Source of the DNA: a virus
Taxonomy: Duplodnaviria > Heunggongvirae > Uroviricota > Caudoviricetes
DNA length: 64,000 bases
Strand: one strand, 5' to 3'
Virus record (IMG/VR): IMGVR_UViG_3300017650_000009
Within the stretch, counting starts at the first letter, position 1; each line of letters opens with the position of its first letter. Both the position numbers and the translations under genes were made by a program. Shown here piece by piece: positions 57,271 through 64,000 of this stretch. Below the pieces are notes generated by a model. It ran no database searches and was not told where the DNA came from. It saw only the letters and a program-made list of their open reading frames with translations.

Positions 57271-57818
57271 TTTTAGATAACCTTGCAATCATCGTTGCTA
57301 TGACACGCGACGCCGTAATAGGAAAGGATGGTAAAATGCCTTGGCATTTACCGTCCGACCTAGCTTATTTCAAACGCACTACTATGGGCTGTCCCATTGT
57401 AATGGGACGCAAAACATATGAATCAATTGGACGTCCACTGCCGGGTCGTGACAATGTTGTCATATCTCGTGATCCAAACTTTGTAGTTCCAGATGGTGTC
57501 CGAGTATTCACTGATATCGATGAAGCGCTAGAGGAAACATCAATGTTAACGAAGCTCGCTGGCGATGGTCCGTTCTTTGTTATCGGTGGTGCACAAATAT
57601 ACAAGAAAGCTATTAGACGAGCATCTTTCCTACACGTAACGCATATTTTGGGTGATATCGATGGTGATACATATTTCCCCTATGAGGAATATGTAGTGGA
57701 TGATACGCCACATAAGCATTACCCAACATTTGAAGCTATTGATAAACAATTTGTAGATCAGACCCTATCAAAGGGCGATTCACATTCAATGATCTTTACC
57801 CAATATGTGCGTGTATAA
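57267..57818 (+). CDS. folA: dihydrofolate reductase
   Basis: [46 protein letters not shown]. Confidence 0.93.
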   Translation: MILDNLAIIVAMTRDAVIGKDGKMPWHLPSDLAYFKRTTMGCPIVMGRKTYESIGRPLPGRDNVVISRDPNFVVPDGVRVFTDIDEALEETSMLTKLAGDGPFFVIGGAQIYKKAIRRASFLHVTHILGDIDGDTYFPYEEYVVDDTPHKHYPTFEAIDKQFVDQTLSKGDSHSMIFTQYVRV

Positions 57819-57848
57819 ATATCCATAGTGCAAGCTATGGAGGTCGTT

Positions 57849-58034
57849 ATGGCTACAATACATAATGAAAGCATTCTGATTGAAGTGAGCAAACTTTTTA
57901 GAGACAATGTTGAGGTGCAAAGCGTGTTGAGCGACGAGCAGCTTGCGGTTCTTAAGGAAGTAGTAGAAGCAACTGTTGCGGAATTACTCGCTGATCCCGC
58001 TCTTGTTGTGGAAGTCAATCGAATCGAAAAGTAA
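57849..58034 (+). CDS. small late protein
   Basis: TATAAATA at 57814; GGAGG RBS. Confidence 0.7.
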   Translation: MATIHNESILIEVSKLFRDNVEVQSVLSDEQLAVLKEVVEATVAELLADPALVVEVNRIEK

Positions 58035-58038
58035 TTGG

Positions 58039-58074
58039 AGGTCTCCTCTCGCATAAATATGTGAAAGGAGACCT
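58039..58074 (+). promoter_or_regulatory. late promoter at the tip of an RBS-occluding hairpin
   Basis: AGGTCTCCT-C-TCGCATA-AA-TATGTGA-A-AGGAGACCT. Confidence 0.75.
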
Positions 58075-58079
58075 TAACC

Positions 58080-58490
58080 ATGACTGCATCTGTTGTTCTT
58101 ATGACTCACACTGGTGACAAAAACGAAGTCATCGGCGACCCACAACACGCTGACGGTTGGTATGGGTTTTCGGATGGACGACACACCGTTTCGTTCAACG
58201 TACAAAATTTTAAGGGACGTATTTGGATCCAAGCCTCGTTGGAACTCGAACCAAAAGAATGCGATTGGTTTGATATTTGGCTCTCATGTGATCATCCCTA
58301 CCTTCAATACCCAATTAACCCTGCTAGCCCAACCGGGCAAAATGGTGGAGATTCCGGAACCCTTGCTATGACATTCCACGTGAATGCGCTTTGGGTTCGT
58401 GCGGTTTATTCTCGTGAATATCTATTGCCACCGAATCCAAATTGGGAAAACTATTACGGCGCAATTAACAAAATAGTGTTGAGTAGATAA
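58080..58490 (+). CDS. virion-associated hypothetical protein
   Basis: DG.HTV...F.G.I.IQASL..P...DWF.I...WVRA; late promoter. Confidence 0.7.
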   Translation: MTASVVLMTHTGDKNEVIGDPQHADGWYGFSDGRHTVSFNVQNFKGRIWIQASLELEPKECDWFDIWLSCDHPYLQYPINPASPTGQNGGDSGTLAMTFHVNALWVRAVYSREYLLPPNPNWENYYGAINKIVLSR

Positions 58491-58491
58491 G

Positions 58492-58665
58492 ATGATTAGA
58501 GCAGAAAATGTAAGTGTGATGTTGCCGATTTGTCCACGTCCGGATCCTTGTCCACCGTGCCCGCCATGTCCACCAATAAAGAAAATCAACAAAGCGAGAT
58601 CGTTCTTTTTTCAAACCATGAACATCCGCACGAAACCAAAGGGAGATTGTAACGATGGCTGCTAA
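58492..58665 (+). CDS. Cys/Pro-repeat microprotein (57 aa, missing from the ORF track)
   Basis: MIRAENVSVMLPICPRPDPCPPCPPCPPIKKINKARSFFFQTMNIRTKPKGDCNDGC; fills the gap exactly. Confidence 0.6.
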   Translation: MIRAENVSVMLPICPRPDPCPPCPPCPPIKKINKARSFFFQTMNIRTKPKGDCNDGC

Positions 58666-58990
58666 GAAGTTTGGTGCCGTTTATATCGACGATACGATGC
58701 TCAATGCGGGTCATACTGTTGCGATTGCACCAGATGGTACCGATGCAACTGTTATCGTCAATTTCTGTAACCAGTCGGAGGGTTACGTTAATGTGAGCTT
58801 GGGCTACGCTAGTGCTACGGCTACTTCGTTGGAACCCGCTGATATGCTCATGCATAAAGTGCGTCTACGTCCGTCGGAATCCTATCAATTTGCAACGATT
58901 GCACTCGAAGCGAATCACGGCTTGTATGTGCGTTCGGATGCTCCTGGCGTATCTGTGATTGCGTATGGCTGGCTTGACACTGATGAATAA
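58655..58990 (+). CDS. small beta-sandwich virion protein
   Basis: VNFCN...V.L.P...I.L....LYVRSD..VSVIAYG; GGAG RBS. Confidence 0.7.
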   Translation: MAAKKFGAVYIDDTMLNAGHTVAIAPDGTDATVIVNFCNQSEGYVNVSLGYASATATSLEPADMLMHKVRLRPSESYQFATIALEANHGLYVRSDAPGVSVIAYGWLDTDE

Positions 58991-59031
58991 TATTCGTTGT
59001 TAAACTTGTATCGAGTACGAGTAAATATTTG

Positions 59032-59062
59032 GAAGGACGGAACAGAAATGTTTCCGTCCTTT
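59032..59062 (+). terminator. hairpin / terminator
   Basis: AAGGACGGAA/TTCCGTCCTT. Confidence 0.6.
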
Positions 59063-59090
59063 CTACTCTTAGATCGAAAAAGGAAATATA

Positions 59091-59504
59091 ATGAAAGCTA
59101 AATTTTTTGTAACATCAATGGACCACTTCAAAACTGATGGTTACGGTTTGGGTGATAATCAGCTTAAGGTTATTTGTAAAAGTGAGAATGAAAACGGGCA
59201 TAAGGTTAGAATTAAAGCAACTTCAACTACTGTAAAGTCAAACGCAACATCTCCTGCGATATTTAATATGGATCTAATGGTTACTCCAACTATTGATATT
59301 CCGTCTCATGGGCCAATTCTTTATCAACAAAACTTTTTTTACGATTATAGCAAAACTGTCAGTTATATTGTGAAAATAGAAGCTGATCATGAAACCAAAA
59401 TTATTGAAGATATACTAGTTCCTTATGGTTATACTTTGTTGGGTCAAATCAACAATAATAATTTTAATTCGATTAACATGCTTATTGATGGTTATGAACT
59501 TTGA
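59091..59504 (+). CDS. hypothetical protein
   Basis: AAGGA RBS; beta-rich. Confidence 0.65.
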   Translation: MKAKFFVTSMDHFKTDGYGLGDNQLKVICKSENENGHKVRIKATSTTVKSNATSPAIFNMDLMVTPTIDIPSHGPILYQQNFFYDYSKTVSYIVKIEADHETKIIEDILVPYGYTLLGQINNNNFNSINMLIDGYEL

Positions 59505-59521
59505 AATCGAAAGGAATTAAT

Positions 59522-59929
59522 ATGACTATGATCAATTTTGGCACATTTACAAATTCTACTTTACCAAATAAGGGTGTTCTAAACAACAATACTTATTCTC
59601 CTATCTTTATTAATCTTGATTCAGATAATGGGTATATTGTTGATATTCATTATCGTTTTACCGGTACTGAATCAAATGCCGATGTTGTTTCTTTGGAGCT
59701 TGTTAATAATTTGCGTGGGTTCTTGGAAAGCTATAATCCCGATGGTACCAATCCTAGGCTTCTCTCACTTTCTACATCAAATATCAAAGAGGGCGAAACT
59801 TCTGTATTAATTGAAGATTCTTTGACAGGAATTAAGGTTCCAAAAAATACAGGCATTGTTGCTTATATTAATGGAACACAAGCAAGAGGCAATCGATTTA
59901 TTTTTAATATTATTGCTCAAAAGCTTTAA
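59522..59929 (+). CDS. hypothetical protein
   Basis: AAGGA RBS; beta-rich. Confidence 0.65.
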   Translation: MTMINFGTFTNSTLPNKGVLNNNTYSPIFINLDSDNGYIVDIHYRFTGTESNADVVSLELVNNLRGFLESYNPDGTNPRLLSLSTSNIKEGETSVLIEDSLTGIKVPKNTGIVAYINGTQARGNRFIFNIIAQKL

Positions 59930-59940
59930 TCAATACTTTG

Positions 59941-59967
59941 AGAGGGCGGTTTCATATCGCCCTCTTT
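59941..59967 (+). terminator. intrinsic terminator
   Basis: AGAGGGCGGT/ATCGCCCTCT plus TT. Confidence 0.6.
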
Positions 59968-60068
59968 CCATGAGTTCTGAATAAGTATTGTTTAGAAAAC
60001 GTCATATCCGACTAAATATGAAGTAACTAGAAGCTGAATACTCATTCAGCGCAATTAGGAGGCAATCG

Positions 60069-62240
60069 ATGGCTAGTAATACATCACGTCCAGAGGGCTT
60101 GCGTAAAATTGGTACGACCACAATAGATTCTACCAATCGTTTGAGCTTGATCGACTATTTGAATTTGGATCGTGCTGTTGTAACGTTCCGTGGTATCGAG
60201 GGTGGTGATGGTATTACCGTTTCGCTCGTTGATGCTGACGGCGCAAGTGCAACTGACGGTTCCGTAATCCGCATCACTGCAAATGGCGGTGGCACAGGTG
60301 GCGGCGATGGTGCAAAGTGGTTTGCACAGTCCGGTGTTCCTGCAGCAGGTTTGGGTGCTGATGGCGATATGGCATTGGACACCGATACTGGTGACGTTTA
60401 TCAGAAGTCTGCTGGTACATGGGCTATTAAGGGCAACATCCGTGGCCCACAGGGCATCCAGGGGATTCAGGGCGTCCAAGGTGAACAGGGCGAACAGGGC
60501 ATTGAAGGTCCACAGGGCATTCAAGGTATCCAGGGAGAAAAGGGCGATAAAGGTGACAAGGGAGACAAGGGCGATAAGGGCGATAAGGGCGATGCCGGTA
60601 CAGGTATTACGCTAAAGGGTTCTGTTGCTACTGAAGCTGATCTTCCGGAAACCGGAAACGTCGAAGGCGACACCTACTTGGTAGCCGACAATGGTCACCT
60701 ATTCGTATTCAATGGTACCGAGTTTGTAGACGCTGGTCAGATCCAGGGTCCAGCTGGTGAGAAAGGCGAAAAGGGAGACAAGGGCGATAAGGGCGACCAA
60801 GGTGAGCAGGGCATCCAGGGGATTCAGGGCGTCCAAGGTGAAAAAGGCGACCAAGGTGAGCAGGGCATCCAGGGCGAACAAGGCATTCAAGGCGAAAAGG
60901 GTGAACGTGGTGAACAGGGTGTTCGTGGCGAAACCGGAGCCAAGGGTGATAAGGGAGACAAGGGCGATGCGGGTGCGTCCGCTTATGATGTAGCCGTTGA
61001 TGCCGGATTTGTTGGTACAGAAGCTGAATGGCTTGAAAGCCTAAAGGGCGAAAAGGGTGATACTGGTGATGAAGGACCACAAGGCCCTGCAGGTGAAGGC
61101 GTTGCTGACACAACTGGTATTGCTGATGGCTATGTTTTGGTACGTGATTCCTCAGCTACTGAAGGTACAAAGTGGGTTGCAAGCCCTGCCGCTACTGTTG
61201 AAATTTCTGCAGAAGATGGTAACGTATTGGAGCAGAAGGCCGATGGTCTCTATGCTACTGGTATTGCTGGTGAAAAGGGTGACAAGGGCGATACTGGCGA
61301 AAATGGCAAGTCCGCATATGAACTAGCTGTTGAATCTGGCTTTGTTGGCACTGAGGCTGAGTGGCTAGCTTCGCTAAAGGGTGACCAAGGCGATGAAGGC
61401 CCTCAGGGCCCAGCTGGTGCCGGTCTTGTTGCTGGTGGTACTACAGGTCAGATGCTTGTTAAGAAATCCAATACAGATTTTGACACTGAATGGGTTAACG
61501 CTGGTTCTGGCGGTGGCTCCATTGGTACTACTGATTCTACAAGTATTGCTTTCACAGGCAATGGTGAAACTGGTACTGAGTTGTCCGCAACAGTAAAGAT
61601 TTCCCCTAATAGTGATAATGCTTTGACTGCGTCAGCAAACGGTTTGTTTGTTCCTACAGCACCTGCGTATTCCGTTTCTGATACAAACTCCATCGATATG
61701 ACCCTCACAGGTTCTGCAATTAGTGGTTCTGTAAAGCGTTCTGCAACTGCAAACAACCGAATCACAGAACAGGCTGATGGTCTCCATGTTGCTCCTGTCG
61801 CGATTCAGAAGGATGCTACTGCGGTTTCTGCTAATCCAACTGCGATTAACTTCACAGGTGCCGGTGTTACAGTTACTGAAAATGCTGGTGTTTCCACTGT
61901 TAATATTCCTGGTGGTTCCGGTGGTGGCTTGGATGTTTTTGAGGTTATTGTTGAATATAACGATTCTGATAATTTCACTGTTATCGATTTTCCAGCTGGC
62001 TGGACTGTAACCCAAGGTCTCGGAACTACACTACAGGTAACACATAATACTGGCAAGTCTCTGTTCCTTTCTCAGGCTGTGACAACCAGATCACCAACTA
62101 ACCATACATATGTAACATTGGGTTCAAATTTGGCACCTGTTACTATCGTAAGCGGAACACAGTTTTTCTTTACGGCTGATACCGATACAGTTGGTGGCAA
62201 TCCTGCTGATAGAACTACATTCAGATTCTTGATGGTATAA
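60069..62240 (+). CDS. collagen-like tail fibre protein (paralog of 12751)
   Basis: long Gly-X-Y runs, SAY..AV..GF.GTEAEWL motifs; TAAATA at 60013, AGGAGG RBS. Confidence 0.85.
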   Translation: MASNTSRPEGLRKIGTTTIDSTNRLSLIDYLNLDRAVVTFRGIEGGDGITVSLVDADGASATDGSVIRITANGGGTGGGDGAKWFAQSGVPAAGLGADGDMALDTDTGDVYQKSAGTWAIKGNIRGPQGIQGIQGVQGEQGEQGIEGPQGIQGIQGEKGDKGDKGDKGDKGDKGDAGTGITLKGSVATEADLPETGNVEGDTYLVADNGHLFVFNGTEFVDAGQIQGPAGEKGEKGDKGDKGDQGEQGIQGIQGVQGEKGDQGEQGIQGEQGIQGEKGERGEQGVRGETGAKGDKGDKGDAGASAYDVAVDAGFVGTEAEWLESLKGEKGDTGDEGPQGPAGEGVADTTGIADGYVLVRDSSATEGTKWVASPAATVEISAEDGNVLEQKADGLYATGIAGEKGDKGDTGENGKSAYELAVESGFVGTEAEWLASLKGDQGDEGPQGPAGAGLVAGGTTGQMLVKKSNTDFDTEWVNAGSGGGSIGTTDSTSIAFTGNGETGTELSATVKISPNSDNALTASANGLFVPTAPAYSVSDTNSIDMTLTGSAISGSVKRSATANNRITEQADGLHVAPVAIQKDATAVSANPTAINFTGAGVTVTENAGVSTVNIPGGSGGGLDVFEVIVEYNDSDNFTVIDFPAGWTVTQGLGTTLQVTHNTGKSLFLSQAVTTRSPTNHTYVTLGSNLAPVTIVSGTQFFFTADTDTVGGNPADRTTFRFLMV

Positions 62241-62244
62241 CATT

Positions 62245-62278
62245 AAATGAGGGCAATGAACGTTCATTGCCCTCATTT
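62245..62278. repeat. perfect 34-bp palindrome / terminator
   Basis: AAATGAGGGCAATGAAC|GTTCATTGCCCTCATTT. Confidence 0.75.
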
Positions 62279-62301
62279 CTAAGAACAAAATGGAGGTCAC
62301 A

Positions 62302-63354
62302 ATGCAGCTACCAATTAAAACAATTGTTGGAAATATTCAAACAATTTACAATGGGACACGTTGGAGTGACCCAAGTAACACATTAACAAATAACAAATTT
62401 TATCGCTGGATTGTTGTTCTTACCATAACGCCAAAGCGCCAGAGTTCATTAGAAACAAATACACCCAAACGTTATGATGGTTTGGATCTCAAAGTGGGAT
62501 CGTGGTTTGCAGATTCAACGGGTAAAGCTTATAAAATTGTGAGTTTTACTGAACAAACAGCGACAAATGTAACTTTGACGTGTGAAGATGTGGATTTCTA
62601 CAATGCTATCAATGACACCACGACTGCATTCAACGGTATACCAAAAAGTGGTAATTGTGTATTTTTCGATATATCCGAATTAGGGGTACCACAGATCGAA
62701 GGAGTTTCATCCCTTACATATAACCCTGCGTCTATTGCCACTTTGAATACTCGATTCTTTACCTATAATCCAAATATAAATTTTGTTAATATTAAGCAAA
62801 CAAATCATGGTTTGAATGTAGGCGACATCGTTGCAATTAATACAGACACGGGGCTCTATGATCTTGCAACATCTTCGGACTTTGCCGTTGGTATTGTTAC
62901 TATGATTAATAACCCTTCTAATGACTATTTTAGTTTTGAACCTTTCGGTAAAATCGATGATTCCATTAAAACACCATTGATTGGCGAAATGGGTGATATA
63001 TTTTATTTGGATCCTGCTAATCCAGGTAAACTCACAAAAGAAAAACCTGTTGGAAAAAATAAACCAATTTATATTCGTCTTGAATCTGAAACCAAAGCTA
63101 TTCTTCTAGACACTATTTCTGATACTGTTGCAACAATAATCACATATGAGATGGAAACAGTTACACAGGATCAAATAGAATTTGAACTCCCTACAGACGC
63201 GGTTCGTGTTCTGGAAATGAGTATCAATGGCATCGAAAATAAGAATTTTACGTTCGATGTATCAACGCACAAAGTAACATTCGACCCAGTAAAGACCGGT
63301 TACAACGTCGACCCTGAAGACATTGTTATTTTTACGTACGAAACTTTTAATTAA
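62302..63354 (+). CDS. virion structural protein (N-domain paralog of 14503)
   Basis: YD..D..VG.W....GKA.K.V...ED...YNA..D...G.P..G.CV.F. Confidence 0.7.
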   Translation: MQLPIKTIVGNIQTIYNGTRWSDPSNTLTNNKFYRWIVVLTITPKRQSSLETNTPKRYDGLDLKVGSWFADSTGKAYKIVSFTEQTATNVTLTCEDVDFYNAINDTTTAFNGIPKSGNCVFFDISELGVPQIEGVSSLTYNPASIATLNTRFFTYNPNINFVNIKQTNHGLNVGDIVAINTDTGLYDLATSSDFAVGIVTMINNPSNDYFSFEPFGKIDDSIKTPLIGEMGDIFYLDPANPGKLTKEKPVGKNKPIYIRLESETKAILLDTISDTVATIITYEMETVTQDQIEFELPTDAVRVLEMSINGIENKNFTFDVSTHKVTFDPVKTGYNVDPEDIVIFTYETFN

Positions 63355-63365
63355 AAGGATTAATT

Positions 63366-64000
63366 ATGGCATTTATTCGTGCAAAACAAATTAAGCTAGG
63401 CGCAGAAGGTGATCTACTCGTCGGCGGCGTAGGCGGTAACGGTGTTTCCCTTGCTAAGGGTGCAGCCGGTGAAGTCCTACGTGCGACGGCTACTGGTGTG
63501 GAATATCACGCTCTTTCTGCGGCTGATATCACTCGTGGTGCTGGTACTGTTGAATCTGCAATTGCAGCTCTCGAAACAGCAACCACATTCACTCCGATCG
63601 ATAATGGCATCCGTTCCATTACTGGTCCATCACTAAGCCAGGCGATTGCTCAGTCTGTTAATCTCGGTGCAATCACAAAGCGTGATGCAACTGTTGATCC
63701 AACTGTTACTGATGACTCCGCTGCAGGCTATGCAGTTGGTGATTTCTGGCTCAACGGCAATAAGTTGTTCGTTGCTTCCGATGTTACTGTTGGTGCAGCG
63801 GTTTGGACTCGTGTTGATGCTGGTGCGGCTACTGACGTTTTCAAGTTCAGTGGTACAGTTGATGCTTCCCTTGAAGCTAACTTGCCAGCTGATCCAGAAA
63901 CCGGTAACGTTTATCGTGTTACTGTTGCTGGTGACTTCGAAGGCGAAGGCCCTTATGTTAACGTTGGCGACTATATCGTTTGGAACGGTTCTGCTTGGGA
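63366..64000 (+). CDS. tail fibre-like protein, truncated by the window end
   Basis: MAFIRAKQIKL...DPTVTDDSAAGYAVGDFWLN...; frame stays open to the end. Confidence 0.7.
   Translation, partial: MAFIRAKQIKLGAEGDLLVGGVGGNGVSLAKGAAGEVLRATATGVEYHALSAADITRGAGTVESAIAALETATTFTPIDNGIRSITGPSLSQAIAQSVNLGAITKRDATVDPTVTDDSAAGYAVGDFWLNGNKLFVASDVTVGAAVWTRVDAGAATDVFKFSGTVDASLEANLPADPETGNVYRVTVAGDFEGEGPYVNVGDYIVWNGSAW

Noticed and set aside
60440-61420. Short direct repeats resembling an array (also 13380-13930)
   Set aside because: They are in-frame Gly-X-Y collagen codons, not CRISPR. No repeat-spacer periodicity or cas genes were seen.
1-64000. Stop-codon reassignment
   Set aside because: Known genes are full length in code 11, and TAA, TGA and TAG all end genes.

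Overview
This is a 64-kb piece of a large (jumbo-type) T4-like myophage genome. The host is probably alphaproteobacterial (Rhizobiales), inferred from the host-like ThyA, ClpA and IF-1. It is densely coded in the standard genetic code. Layout: (i) 0.4-4.1 kb small accessory ORFs; (ii) 4.2-25.4 kb late virion/baseplate/tail-fibre block (subtilisin-Ig fusion, beta-helix and lectin-like fibres, collagen-like fibre, domain-shuffled paralogs, a periodic-Cys protein, two beta-propellers); (iii) 25.5-38.8 kb core genes (MazG-like, stand-alone DnaE fragment, GroES, clamp loader, HAD nucleotidase, PhoH) interleaved with small ORFs; (iv) 38.8-51.4 kb mostly minus-strand accessory region with tRNA-Leu(CAA), CYTH, ClpP, Nudix, IF-1, a nucleotidyltransferase and a second HAD; (v) 51.5-58 kb spanins, DnaJ, Def, ClpA, ThyA, DHFR; (vi) 58-64 kb second virion block. 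Main observations: about 25 small proteins with unrelated N-termini share a C-terminal F-x4-(D/A)-x-x-x-(K/R)L motif, a possible adaptor repertoire in a phage that encodes its own ClpAP. Many promoters sit inside hairpins that hide the next ribosome-binding site. There are two candidate structured non-coding RNAs and an unannotated (CPP)n microprotein. All calls come from reading motifs by eye; no database search was run.
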